Part shown: positions 12,305 to 25,950 of the stretch, piece by piece
Layout: each line of letters opens with the position of its first letter
Position numbering within the stretch: position 1 is the first letter of the stretch
Assembly: GCF_036365525.1 (NCBI RefSeq)
Contig: NC_090381.1
Location: 96,451,613-96,515,612 of the forward strand
Reading direction: 5' to 3'
DNA: 64,000 bases
Source: Heterodontus francisci
Lineage: Eukaryota
Translations under genes and position numbers: made by a program
Notes under the pieces: generated by a model
What the model saw: the letters and a program-made list of their open reading frames with translations, nothing else
The model's database searches: none
What the model was told of the DNA's origin: nothing

Positions 12305-13959
12305 ACTAGTTATTAATTGCCTACAATTTATTTCTGCAGCATATTTTTCTTACCTCTCCCTGCTTCCCTTCTCTAGATGATATACACTAAACTCATACAG
12401 AGAGAACAGCCTCTCGCAACACCACTTTGTAAACAGCTGCTAGGATGTATGCAAAGGAAGCCTAAATGGGCCCTTCTGTTTGGAAATGTCAGAAGTTGGG
12501 TTGAGACTTTTCAAGCTCATTACAGCCTGCAGAAAGAGGAGTGTTTCATTCATTAGCATAGCTGGTCCAAGAGCTGAAACGATAGTGCCAGAACCCACCG
12601 TACCATTCAGTCCCGCTTTCTTTTCATGAAGGTCAAGAAATTTTCAAAATTACAGCAAATTCACCACAATAAGGCCATTTAATGGATTAATGAGTATTTC
12701 ATAAACATATATTGCTGTATCCTATTGTTATTACATTATAATTTACTTACTAATGGTTGGCCTCCCAATTAGAATCACCACTTGCAAGGCTGAAGGAAAT
12801 AGAAGCCCACTTAAGCCACTGCTCAAGCAGTTGTATAGCCAGCCACAGGAGGTGTATGAGAGGGTCCCAAAGTAATTTTCCTTCATCCTTTGTAAAGAAA
12901 TGCTCAGCATTGCCAAGACAGTATGGGTGATATTAACAACTTGACCTGTGGAGAAGTGCATAGCAAGCCTGCGTTTCAACAGTTTTGATGCACTGCTTCC
13001 CAAGCACATTAGACTATTATGCTTGAATGGAATGGGGTTCAGTGCAGCTGGCTTTGTTTCACCGTCTCACATCATCACGGGTTAATGTAGAACAGAAACC
13101 TAGGAAGCCGACCTGGTTTAGAGAGTTGAAATAATCCTCGCCCAAATGATCTTTCTAACGTAATTCATAAGGAAACTAAGACTTTGTATTAAAAAAAGGA
13201 CAATACTTTTTGCATTTTTCTAACTTTTCTTCTCTTCCAGTTATACTAAAGTGGTCGGGTGTAAGTAGAGACACAGGGGCACATTTCCCTGTTATGAACT
13301 TGAAGTTATCTGATCACCTGACCTGAGTGCCTAAAGGAAAGCTGGGAGGGGAAGAGTGCATCAGCTCACCTGATTTTATGTCCATTTAAGCTAATGAACC
13401 GAAAGGTAGTACCCAGGTTGCCCCAAGAGGAGACTATGCTCTTCCGTGCCCTATGTTCCTACAGTTATTGAGCCCAGCTACAGGCACCAAGATAGCTGCC
13501 CTACTCTGATCTCTCTGCTTCCACATATATTATTACCATAAGGAGTATGAGTGTAACAATGAAAGAGGGCAAGTGAACAAAGATATAACAAATGTGAGAA
13601 CTGTATTTATATTATATCAAGAGATACATTTAATGAGGAAAAGAGTGAAATAAAATTAATGAGTTGTGACTGTAGAGAAATAAGGTCCGAATTTAAAATA
13701 AAATTAATGAGATTATATTATTCAATATAAGTTATTAGATTTGCCATTAAAGTTAATGAGTTGTCTTTAAATATAAAAATGAGATTTGTTTTTTAATGAA
13801 GCTTAATTTTGTTGGAGAAGAAATGAGCGGCACACTTTCTAGCCCAATAATAGAGTGGTAGGATTAGATTATAAAATGTGGCACGGCAGCATGACCTACT
13901 AATGCAATAATGTGTGGCACTGACCTTGGCCATAACACTTCTCCCACCCTCCCCTCCTT

Positions 13960-15442
13960 AAAAGGCAGGCAAAAGCAGAAGGAAATTTATTACTAAACTG
14001 CTTTTGTGCATCCACTGACAATGAGGAAACAGTAGGGCCTATTAGAGAACAAAAAGGGAACCAGCGTTTGAAGGCTGAAGAAATGGCCATCGTTCTTAAT
14101 GAATACATTGTGACTGTCTTCACAAAAGATGGGACAATGTAGAAATTGTAGTTAAGGAGGAAGAGTGAGAAATAGTGGATGGGATAAACATAGTGAAAGA
14201 AGAAATATTAAAGGGGTTAGCATCTTTGAGAGTAGATAATTTGCCAGGTCTGGATGAAATATATGCCAGGCTGCTAAGAGAAACAAGGGAGGAAATAGCG
14301 GAGGCTCTGAGCATCATTTTCTAATGCTCTCTGGCTACAGGGACAGGAGGACTGCTAATATTGTACCATTGTTTTAAAATGGAGGAAGCGATAGACCGAG
14401 TAATTGTAGTCCAGTCAACCTAACCTCAGTGATGGGCAAATTGTTGGAAAAAAATTCTGAGAAACATATAAATTGCCATTTAGAAAGGCGCGGGTTAATC
14501 AAGGGCAGTCCGCATGGATTTGTTGAGGAACATGTCCGACAAAATTGATTGAATTTTTTGAAGAGCTATCAAGAAGGGTCAATGAGAACAGCACATTTGG
14601 TGTAGTATACATGGATTTTAGCAAGGTTTTTGACAAGGTTCCACATGGCAGACAGGTCAGAAAAGTAAAATATCATGGGATCCAAGGCAAAGTGGCAAGT
14701 AGGTTTGAATCCAAAACTGGCTCAGTGGCAGGAAGAAAAAGGCAGTGGTCAATGGGTGGTTGGGTGACTGGAGGGGCTGCTTCTTGTGGGGCATTGCTAG
14801 ATCCTTTGCTTTTTCTGGCATATATCAATGATTTATACTTAAATGCTGGGAGCATGATTAAGAAGTTTGCAGATGATACATAAACTGGCTGTGTGGTTGA
14901 TAGTGAGGAAGAAAGCAGGAAGACTGCAGGAAGATATCAATGGACTGGTCAGGTGGGCAGAGAAGTGGCAAATAGAATTCAAGCCAGAAAAATAAGAGGT
15001 AAGGCATTTGGGGAAGGCAAACAAGGCAAGGGAATACATAATAACTGGTAGGATACTAAGAAGTGTACAGAAACCTCAGAGCGTATATCCACAGATCCCT
15101 GAAAGCAGCGGGAAAGATAGATAACATGGTTAAGAAGGCAAATGGGATACTTTCCTTTATTAGCCGAGGCATAGAATATAAAAGCAGGGAGGTTATGCTA
15201 GATCTGTATAAAACACTACCAGCATCAGCAGTATTTTACTTTTGTATAAAACTCTAGTTAGGTCACAGCTAGAGCACTGCATACAGTTTTGGTCATCACA
15301 TTTTAGGACAGATGTGATTGCACTAGAGAGTGCACAGAGGAGATTTATGAGAATGTTGCCAGGAATGGAGAATTTTAGCTGTGAGGAAAGGTTGCATTGG
15401 CTGGAGTTGATCTGTTTGGAACAGGGGAGGCTGAGGGAAGCC
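13960..15442 (+). mobile_element. Degraded CR1 LINE (RT region)
   Basis: Motifs YMDFSKVFDKVPH, KFADDT and LVRSQLEHC with many frameshifts. Confidence 0.9.
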
Positions 15443-16529
15443 TAGAAAGTATGGATAGGAATTCAACACGTTAAATTGTTCCCTTTCTGGGCCAGAGAGG
15501 ATGATTGGCATTGCATCAACGATACTCACATTTTAAAAGAATAAGAACATGTTGAATCTCATTCCTGCATATAGTAAATTCTTACAGAACCAGATATTCC
15601 AAATTGTTAATTTTTTTAACTTTTCCTATTTCTCTCTCAATCAAAACTTTCTTTCCTTTCTGTTCCTGATTTGACTCTAAAAGACCTACCATCTCTATTG
15701 TTCCTCTTTCCTTTTCAATCCTTAAATCCCATTGGTTAAGGAGATACAATGTTGGTGCCAGATTCCCCATTGTCTTAGCCACGCCGTTATCAGCTCACAC
15801 TTCCAGCAAGTTATGGTGCAAAAATTATTTGAGCGGAAGGGTGTAGGAAAATGTCTACCTATCAGCATATACCGCGAGATCCCCTGCTCCAGCAAGATTC
15901 CGCCCAACATGGTTATAAGGACCCCGTCCACCTGGGGCATGCACCTCAAAAGAGTGCATAATTAAAATAGCGGAGGGCAGAAGAGCATCAGAAGCATGGC
16001 TATTTTAACCTCCCACCTGCCCCAAGGCCCTGGACAGGTGGGATTGAAATTGGGGCTTGTATCTCAGTACAGCTGCCAGCACGCTTATCTGACTTTGTAC
16101 AATGCCTGCAGAACATTTTAAAAACACGGCAGCTGGTTAATGAGATCAGGCTGCTTGGAGTGCTAACTCATTGTCACTTGTCACAGACAAATCCCTCGAA
16201 TTCATCTTGCTTAGCTCTCCACTTGAGAGGTTGCAATGGTCCTGTTTAATGCTATCGTCCTTCAGCAATTTGTTTCGTTGCATGTTCCAACATTTTATTT
16301 GACATTGCAGCTGTTGCCATACACTGGAACAATATTATTAATGTTTGATCAACCATTTCACCAAGATATTTTTCCTTACAACTTAATCCTTTATTTTGTA
16401 AATACATTTACTATTTACGCACCTAAATAATTATCTTTTATTTATTCAATATGAAGTTAAGTCTTTGTGGATCACTCTTAATTATATCCCCTTTGTCTAA
16501 TGTTCATGCGTCCTTCCACACCTTCGTAT

Positions 16530-19470
16530 TGTCGCATAAGGGCTCGAAATTCAGAGGGAATACAGCGGAAGTAAGTTTTATGGGAGTAAGACCAGGATGG
16601 AAGGCCTCTACTTTAATGCCAGGAGTATTGCAGGTAAAACGGATGAGTAAAGGGCAATGATTGACACGTGGAATTGTGATATAGTAGCCATCATGGAGAC
16701 ATGTTTGAGGGAGGGGCAGGATTGGCAGCTCAATATCCCGGGATATACAATCTTCAGGCGAGACAGAGGAGGGGGTAAAGGAGGAGGAGGCATTGCAATA
16801 TTAGTTAAGGAGTCAGTTACTGCAGTAAGGAGAGATGATTTCTTGGAGGGGGCATCAAATGAAGCTTTATGGGTAGAGTTTAGGAATAAAAAAGGGACAG
16901 CCACATTGCTAGGTGTTTATTATAGACCCCCAGATAGTCAGTGGGAAATTGAGGAGCAAATATGTGCACAATTTGCAGAGGTGTTGTAAAAATAATAGGG
17001 TAATTATATTCAGTGATTTCAACTTTCCCAACATTAATTGGGATAGTCATTGTGTTAAGGGCTTAGATGGAGGGGAGTTCTTAAAATGTATACAGGAGAA
17101 CTTTTTAGCTCAATATGTAGAGGATCCAACAAGGGAGGGTGCAGTGCTGGACCGAATTCTGGGGAATGAAGCCGGACAGGTGGTTGATGTGTTGGTGGGG
17201 AAGCATTTTGGTGATAGCGACCACAACATGGTACAATTTAAGCTTGTTATGGAGAAAGAAATAGACAAGTTGCAAAAAAAGGTTTTGGATTGGGGGAGAG
17301 CGAATTTTAGTAAAGTAAGGCAGGATCTGACCAAGGTAGACTGGAAAGAGTTACTTGTCGGGAAATCTACAGAAGAGCAGTGGGGGGCATTCAAAAAGGA
17401 AATGGGGAGGGTACAGGCCCAACATGTTCCCTCTAGGGTAATAGGTAGGAGCAACAAGCCCAGAGAACCATGGATGACCTGAAACATTCTGGGTACCATG
17501 AGAAGGAAAAGAGAGGCTTTTAGCAAATACAAGGAGAGCAAATCAATGGAAGCATTAGTAGAGTACAGGAAGTGTAGGATGGAGCTTAAGAAAGCAATTA
17601 GGAGAGCAAAGAGGGGATATGAGAAAGCTCTGGCTGGTAAAAGTAGGGAAAATCCCAAGATATTCTATAAGTATACCAATGGGAAGAGGATAACCGGGGA
17701 AAGAGTAGGACCCATTAGGGACCAAGGGGGAAATTTGTGGGTGGAGCCAGAGGACATTGGTAGGGTGTTGAACGAATACTTCACATCTGTCTTCACCCAA
17801 GAGAAAGAGGATGTAGACATGGAACTTAGAGAGAGAGACTGTGAGGTTCTTGAGCAAATTGTCATAGGGATTGACAAGGTATTGGAGGTTTTGGAAGGCT
17901 TAAAAGCGGACAAATCTCCAGGTCCGGGCGATTTGTGTCCCAGGATGCTGTGGGAGGTGAGGGTGGAGATTGCAGGGGCTCTGACCCTAATTTTTAATTC
18001 CTCTTTGGCCACGGGGGAGGTGCCAGAGGACTGGAGAACAGCTAATGTGGTCCCACTATTTAAGAAAGGTTGTAGAGATAAGCCAGGGAACTACAGATCA
18101 GTGAGTCTCACATCAGTGTTAGGGAAACTATTGGAGAAAATTCTGAAGGAGAGAATCTATAACTAGTCGGAGAGGCAAAATTTGATTAGGAATAGTCAGC
18201 ATGGCTTTGTCAGAGGGAGGTCATGCCTAACAAATTTGATTGAATTTTTTGAGCATGTGACCAGATGAGGGTAGTGCAGTTGATGTAGTTTACATGGATT
18301 TCAGCAAAGCCTTTGACAAGGTCCCACATGGGAGACTTATCAAGAAAGCAAATGCACATGGGATATAAGGTAACTTGATAAAGTGGATTCAAAATTGGCT
18401 TAGCTGTAGAAGACAGAGAGCGATGACAGACGGCTGTTTTAGTGACTGGAAGCCAGTGTCCAGTGGCGTACCACAGGGTCCCCTATTGTTTGTCATTTAT
18501 ATAAACGGCATAGATGACTATGTGGGGGGTAGGATCAGTAAGTTCGCGGATGACACAAAGATTGGCCGATTGGTTAACAGTGAGGTGGAGTGTCTTAGGT
18601 TACAGGAAGATATAGACGGGATGGTCAAATGGGCAGAAAAGTGGCAGATGGAATTTAACGCAGAAAAGTGTGAGGTGATACACTTTGGAAGGAGTAATAT
18701 GACACAGAAGTATTCAATGAATGGCCTGACACTGGGAAGTTCCGAGGAACAAAGGGACCTTGGCTTGTTTGTCCATAGATCTCTGAAGGCAGAAGGGCAG
18801 GTTAATAGGGTGGTGAAAAAGGCATATGGGACACTTGCCTTTATCAATCGAGGCATAGATTACAAAAGCAGGGAGGTCATGTTGGAATTGTACAGAACTT
18901 TGGTAAGGCCACAGCTGGAGTACTGTGTGCAATTCTGGTTGCCACACTATAGGAAGGATGTGAATGCATTGGAGGGGGTGCAGAGGCGATTCACCAGGAT
19001 GTTGCCTGGGATGGAACATTTAAGCTATGAATAGAGGTTGGATAGGCTTGGGTTGTTTTAACTGGAGCAGAGAAGACTGAGGGGTGACCTGATTGAGGTG
19101 TACAAGATTATGAGGGGCATGGACTGGGTGGATAGGAAGCAGCTGTTTCCCTTAGTTGAAGGGTCAGTTACGAGGGGTCACAAGTTTAAGGTGAGAGGCG
19201 GGAGGTTTAAGGGGGATTTGAGGAAGAACTTTTTTACCCAGAGGGTGGTGACGGTCTGGAATGCCCTGCCTGGGAGGGTGGTAGAGGCAGGTTGCCTCAC
19301 ATCCTTTAAAAAGTACCTGGATGAGCACTTGGCACGTCATAACATTCAAGGCTATGGGCCAAGTGCTGGCAAATGGGATTAGGTAGACAGGTCAGGTGTT
19401 TTAATGCATTGGTGTAGACTCGATGGGCTGAAGGGCCTCTTCTGCACTGTATTATTCTGTGCTTCTGTGA
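16530..19470 (+). mobile_element. CR1 LINE, near-complete but disrupted ORF2 (endonuclease + RT) and 3' UTR
   Basis: Motifs LYFNARS, GVYYRPP, DFNFP, GDSDHN, KSPGP, PLFKKG, DFSKAFDKVPH, GVPQG, FADDTK; ATTCTGTG-type tail; several stops and frameshifts. Confidence 0.95.
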
Positions 19471-19688
19471 TAGGATGCATGCATGAGACAGTGTGAGTGA
19501 TACCTCCCACCATGATGATGTAAGCGATCACATGATAGACTGGAGGAAGAAGCAGCATGGCTTCAGAGGTGTCATACAGACTCACGTACAACTGTATATA
19601 GTTAAAATGTAATAAATGAGTTAATGCTAAAATTACTGAAGACTCAGTAATCTCTCCTCGCTAGACTAACCAAATATACAGTGGCAGA
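19466..19688 (+). mobile_element. Short LTR-like element
   Basis: TGTGA…ATACA with internal AATAAA, followed by PBS-like TGGCAG; no TSD found. Confidence 0.4.
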
Positions 19689-20756
19689 TTAATCAAACAT
19701 ACAAGTATCACTTGTGAATTTAGACATTCTACTTCTAACCTTTCATGTTTCTATCTACTATATCATGAAAAATCTTGAATCTAACTAGTAACACGCCAAG
19801 TCTGCATGCCGTAATCAAAGTGCCAGACACATGTACCACAAAGTATTATCAGTCACACTTTTCTGATCAACTTAAATATATAAAAAGTAAAACCTCCACC
19901 TTCAATCACAAAAAAGGAAACTGCATTAACCCAACTAATCAAATCTCTAGTTCAATAGTTTGGCTTTCATCTTTCTTCCTAACTTAAACCAATTCAGACA
20001 GCTAAAAAAAGGATAGCACAACAAATATTAAAAAATTATACTATTCTGGACCTGATCTTCACCAGAAAACCAGTGATCTAATAATGGAAATTCTTACAAC
20101 ATGTTTTGATGCACAGATCTATCCCTCTTCCTGAGGCTCGAGTCCTAGTTCAAAGCAAATTTGGAATTTTCACAAGGACCGTGGATTCTGAGGACTTCCA
20201 GCTTCTATTGACAAATTCAACTGTGTGTAACAGCAAAGCCACATGGAGTTCATAGAATAATATATAGGAATATTGGAACTGAAGTAGGCCATTCAGCCCC
20301 TCAAGCCTGTTCGACATAGCTGATCTGTAGCTAATTCCATCCATCCATCATGGCTAGCAAAAATCTGTTGATCTTAGTTTTAAAATTATTGACTGAGCTA
20401 GCACCTACTGCTTTTTGCGGGAGAGTTCCACACCACCAGCTTCTGCATGAAGAGATGTTTCCTAACTTCTCTCCTGAATGGCATGCCTCTGATTTTAAAG
20501 TTATGTCCCCTTCTCCTAGACTCCTCACCAGGGAAAAAGGTTTTCCCTGACTACCTTTCAAAAATTCTATTAATATCAATCAAATGAACCCCTAACTGTC
20601 TATATTCCAGGGAGTACAGCTTGGTTTATGTCACAGCTCATAATTTAACTCTTGGAGCTTTGGTAACATTCTGGTGAATCTGCACTGCACCCTTTCCACG
20701 GTCAATATATCCCTTTTAAAAGTGTGATGCTCAGATTTGTACATGGTACTCTAGAT

Positions 20757-21092
20757 CTGTTTTTTAAAAATTCGAGCATCGGTGGCAAGGCCAGCATTTA
20801 TTGCCCATCCCTAATTTCCCTTGAGAAGGCGGTGGTGAGCTGCCTTTTTGAGCCGCTGAAGCCCTTGGGGTGTAGGTACACTCACAGTGCTGTTAGGGAG
20901 GGAGTTCCAGGATTTTGACCCAGCCACAGTGAAGGAACGCCGATATCGTTCCAAGTCAGGATGGTGTGTGACTTGGATGGGAACTTGCAGGTGGTGGTGT
21001 TCCCACATGTCTGCTGCCCTTGTCCTTCTAGGTGGTAGAGGTTATTGGTTTGGAAGGTTGGAAGGTGCTGTCGAAGGAGGCTTGGCGAGTTA
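20757..21092 (-). mobile_element. LINE 3' fragment, same family as 5880-6490
   Basis: Reverse complement matches 6160-6490. Confidence 0.8.
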
Positions 21093-21204
21093 ACCAGGAT
21101 TTTGTGTAGCTGTAGCAAAACATCCTTCCCTTTATATTCTAGCCCTCTAAATATATTCCATTCGACCTTTTGATTATTTTTGGACCCCCATTGCATTTTA
21201 GTGA

Positions 21205-21306
21205 AATAAAAACAGAAAATGCTGGAAATGCTTCAGAAGTCTGGCAACATCTATGGAGAGAGAAACAAAGTTAATGTATCAGGTTGATGGCCTTTCATCA
21301 GAACTG
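21205..21306 (-). mobile_element. Penelope-type short terminal-repeat fragment
   Basis: Homologous to the left arm of the 51158-51350 palindrome; minus strand contains CTGATGAAAGG…CCTGATACATTAAC. Confidence 0.6.
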
Positions 21307-22342
21307 ATCTGTGTACACGAACCCTAAATCTCTTTGGACTTCCACTTTTCCTAGCTTTTCACCATTTCAAAAATACTTACTTCTGTCCTTTTTTGGCTCA
21401 AAATGAATGATTTCACACTGAAATCCATCTGCCATAGTTTTGCCCACTCACTTGATCTATCAACGTCTATTTGTAATTTTATGCTCCTGTCTATACTACT
21501 AACTATGCCACTAATCTTTGTGTCATTGGCAAATTTGGATATATGGTTCTCTGTTGTATTTTCGAAGTCATTAACATATATAATGAATATTTAAGTCCCC
21601 AGTACACATCCTTGCAGGACAGCATTGGTCACTTCCTTCCAGTTTGAGAACATACACATTGGACGGGATTTTAATTTAAATAAGATGGTGGGAAAAGGGG
21701 TGGTCGGTCACTTCAAACCGCCTTTTGGATTGGTTTGTCAATTTCCCATCGGGGAACTGGCACACTCAAAGTTTAAAAGGTGCTGCCGAGAGTGGAGGAG
21801 GCAACAACTCGAGATCAGTAAATGGCCATTTAAGTTACTTAACCAGCTGGTTATCGACTCGTTAAGGGTTAGTTTTGAATGATCTTATTAAGGCACATGA
21901 TCCACGCCGGGTCTCAACCATGACAGGGAGGAGGAGGAGCATACACAGTGGAGAGCAAATCAAACTGCGGGACAGCAGCAAGAGGCACCAGTAAAGATGG
22001 AGGGCTCAGAAAAGGCCCTCATCAAAGGCAACTGGCTGTGCAGTCAGCAGCATTATCTATCATATCTCTTCACTCTTGGCAAGGGCATTTTAGTGGGGTG
22101 GGGGCGGCTTTTTTGGGGATGGACGGGTCCTTCAGCTTATGGGCCTCACAGCTTCTTGAGAGGGGATCCAGGAAGACTGCACATTCCAAGTGAAAGGAAG
22201 GAAGGACATTACAGGAAATGGGATCAAGATACTCCGAGATAGGATCAGCTCCCAATAAAGATCAGCATCTGCAGGAGCAGAGGCAGCTCCCTGGGCAACA
22301 GGGGCACAGGGGTGAGGAACAAGGGGCAGGACGACAACGAAG

Positions 22343-23191
22343 GTGATTCACTTAGTAAAGGTTCTACTGCCAAAGGAGAAACTTGTCAAAGTGTCAGTGC
22401 TGCACAAGATGTGTCTGTCCAGCCAGATGATTGCTTACTTGTTTGCTCCCGTTGAGGGTCATTCGAGGGTTCACAGGAACAGTCGCCATGGCTCTCCTTT
22501 GGCTGTAAAAGTCACAGTGGCTTTGTACTTTTTTGCAACCGGGTCCTTCCAAGGAGCAGCAGCAGACATTGGTGGCATCTTGTTGGCAGCATCACAGCAG
22601 TACATCACAGAGGTACTGGATGCTCTGTTTGAAAGGGTAGGGGATCACATTGAATTCCAGGTTGATAGCAGCGCTCAAGCTCAAGGGGCAGTGGGATTTT
22701 CCTCTTTTGCTGGATTCCCTCAGGTACAGGGAATGTGGCCATCAAGGCACCGACTAACCAGCCACGAAGATTCCTCAACAGGAAGGGATTCCACTCCCTA
22801 AATGTCCAGCTGGTATGTGAACCATACCAAGTGCTTTATGCAGGTATGTGCACGCTAACCTAGAAGCTGCCGTGATGCCTTCTTCTTTCAGCAATCCCAG
22901 ATGCCACAGCTCTTCATGGAGCCATCAGAAATCCATAAATGGCTGATAGTGTATAAGGCTTACCCTGTGAGGAAATGGCTGATGATTTCAGTTGGTAACA
23001 TTGCGACAGAGGCTGAGAGACACAACAACTGTTGCTACCTGAGCACAAGGGTCATCATTGAGCAGGCCAACGGCCTTCTGAAGATGAGGTTCAGGTGCTT
23101 TGACCAGTCAGATGGTACCCTCCAGTACACTCCCTCAAGTATCTCACACATCATGGTGGCCTGCTGCGCATTTTATAACATAACCCTCTAG
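22343..23191 (+). pseudogene. Harbinger (HARBI1-like) DDE transposase pseudogene
   Basis: VKVTVALYFFATGSFQ…AGFPQVQG, NRKGFHSLNVQLVC, RVIIEQANGLLKMRFRC…ACCAFYN. The AIDCTH segment is deleted and GDKGY is changed to VYKAY. Confidence 0.88.
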
Positions 23192-23239
23192 AGAGATGTC
23201 GACCTTGAAGAGAGAGAAGCGCTGGAACGGCACAGCTCC

Positions 23240-24790
23240 TCAGAGGAGGAAGAGGAGGAGGAGGTGGTTGAAGATGGAAAATGGAAAATGATTCCCCCAT
23301 GCCTTTTCATGGCACTCTTGATCGCTGGAGTGAACCACCAGCTGGGGCGCAGCTGGCATCCACTCCATGCCTCTTTGCGCCACTGAGCAGTCAATGTTCC
23401 AGACCGTGGCATGCATTCTGTGCATGTCAGTGCGCTGCTCCTGCATCCACTCTGAGTGATGTTGCACATGGCTGTCCATGAGGTTGGCCACACTCTCAAT
23501 GGAGGAGCTCATGTGCTCAAAGCACGGAGACATTGTGGAGCGCATGAGATGAATGGACTCCTCCATTCTCAACCCAATGCCTCAGGGAACTCCGACATGT
23601 GGGTGCACACATCACACACTGGTAGAGCCATCTGTTTCATGACTCCCAAGGCTCTGCATCTCTGTCCTGCTGAACAGGGCTGCGTCTGTCCTCCATCCTC
23701 AGAGGGGGACTGGGCACAGCTGACTCTGCCTCCCCCGTATTCTCCTGCTCTGAAGGGAAGTGCGCTTCACCCTCTGCTACCATCTGTAATAACACATGAG
23801 CACCCACCGAGGTGCGAGTGAATGCACTGGTGGAGGGGGAGCAGGAAAAATCTGGCAGTGCAGGCTCTGATGTGTCTTCTTCCTCTGACACCTCCAGAAC
23901 ATGTTGGCGGTAGCTTAACTCCTCCCCCTCTGCAGCTGGCCCAGTGGCAGATATAAGAGAAGGTGGTCACGAGAAATCAGCACAATCAACAGATACTTCT
24001 TCTGCTTATAATAATGAGACGACAGCTTATACATTAACAGCTCATTGCATGGGGAGGATTGCCATGTATCCCCTGAAGCTGGGGATGTTGAGATCTTTTC
24101 ACCCTGTCCATGTTGGACTTCCGTTTCTCTATCTCCAATGTCTCGCTGGCTTGCCACTCTGGCCAGATCAAAGACCAGCTCCTTGAAATCTGTTAGTGAT
24201 TCGAGCTGGGGCTCCCTACTGTCCAAAAGTGCCCCCTCGCTCTCCCTGCCGTTGTTCTCCCTTTTGGCCTGCGAGGTGAAGAAAGATGCCATTAGGACAA
24301 CAATGCCTCTTTCCCTCACCACTGCAGCTTTTCACTCGCACAGGATGTTGCAGACCTGCCTGTAGCCTATTGTCCAAAGCCGCTCAGGTAATGAACTATG
24401 CTTCTCGGTCATCTGTGCTACTGAGTACACATCTCTCCTATGGTCAGGAGAACTCTATGTGCCCTCAGGATGCCCTTCATTTTTGCACTCGGGTGACTGC
24501 TGACTAGGAGACATGCCAACTGGGTCGATTGTTGAATTCACCTTGCCGGAACTAAGCAGGTCTTTGAAATGTTTCCTGCACTGGACCCAGTTCCTCTTCA
24601 CCACTCCTCTGCTGCTGACCTCGTGAGCCAGCTTCAGTCATGCCTGCTTGGCCTGTCTTACAAGCTTTCTCGTGCTGCTGGCAGGGAACAGGATGGCTCT
24701 CTATGCTGTCTTCTCCTTGCATTATTGAGGCAGACAGCAACCACAGCAAGGACTGCCGCTCCCCCTTTAAATCAGGCACACTCGTCCATG
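23240..24790 (-). pseudogene. Harbinger Myb/SANT-like second gene, decayed and probably intron-containing
   Basis: WVQCRKHFKDLL near 24555-24590 (minus); acidic segment MSEEEDTSEP; coiled-coil-like RMEESIHLM…SSSIESVANLM. Confidence 0.65.
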
Positions 24791-25635
24791 ACCCGTCTCC
24801 TCCCTGCATCCTCTGCCCCTAATTGGGTGACATATGTGACTCTGGGCCAATTAAGTGCTTTGCCAATTGCAATGTGTATGTGCATTGCCAACACGGTGTG
24901 AGGTTGGGACCTGGAAATGAATGCAACGCCGGGTCCCGACCCTGGAATTGAAATCCTGCCCATTATCCATTCCCTATATTTTCTACAACCTAACCTATCT
25001 CCTAACAAAATCAATAATTTGCCTTTAACTCCATGAACTTTAACTTTAGCTAACCATCTTTTATGAGGAACCCTATCAAATGCTTTCTGGAACTCCATAT
25101 AAACTACATCCATTGACATTCCCCTGTCTGTTACTTTAGTTATGCCGTCAAAAATTCAGTTAGATTTGTTAGACATGACTACCCTTTACAAATCCATGTT
25201 GGCTCTTTAATCAGCTTAAGTTTCTCTTTAAGTGCTCAGTCACTCTATTCTTATTGGTAGATGCCTATAGCTTTCTCACATCAGATGTTGGAATAACAGG
25301 TCTATAATTTCCATGTTCATCTCCCTCGCCTTTCATAAAATACTGGATCACATTTATAATTTTCCAAACTAAATGACCAATTACTGAATCAAGAAAGTTT
25401 TGGAAGATTATGGCTGAAGTAGCTGCAATTTCCTTAACTACGTCCTCTAAAATCTTGGTCCTGGGGATTTGTCAGTCGTTAATGCTGTTCACAGAGTTCC
25501 AGTCCTTAGTTTGTTATTAGAATGTCTGGTATATTATCCTCCTTCTCGACTGTGAGGACTGACACAAAGTAATTATTCAACAAGTCTGCCATTTCCTTAT
25601 TTTCATTTGCAATATTACCCACATTTGTTTTTAAA

Positions 25636-25950
25636 GGGGCGGCACAGTGGTTAGGACCGCAGCCTCACAGCTCCAGGGACCCGGGTTCGATTCTGGGTAC
25701 TGCCTGTGTGGAGTTTGCAAGTTCTCCCTGTGTCTGCGTGGGTTTTCCTCCGGGTGCTCCGGTTTCCTCCCACAGCCAAAAGACTTGCAGGTGATAGGTA
25801 AATTGGCCGTTGTAAATTGCCCCTAGTGCAGGTAGGTGATAGGGAATATGGGATTACTGTAGGGTTAGTATAAATGGGTGGTTGTTGGTCGGCACAGACT
25901 CGGTGGGCTGAAGGGCCTGTTTCAGTGCTGTATCTCTAATAAAAAAAAAA
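25636..25950 (+). mobile_element. HE1-like V-SINE
   Basis: tRNA head with GGTTCGATTC, V-domain and A-tail. Confidence 0.88.

Larger units (their letters stand above)
21661..24961 (+). mobile_element. Harbinger/PIF DNA transposon with convergent transposase (+) and Myb/SANT-like (-) genes, decayed
   Basis: Termini GGACGGGATTTT and GAAATCCTGCCC, 3-bp TSD ATT (21658-60 and 24962-64), inserted into collinear CR1. Confidence 0.85.

Noticed and set aside
17110-18856. Long minus-strand ORFs of 100-180 aa
   Set aside because: Antisense shadows of CR1 ORF2.
22343-23191. Possible domesticated host HARBI1 gene
   Set aside because: Frameshifted, missing catalytic residues, and still within TIRs and a TSD.
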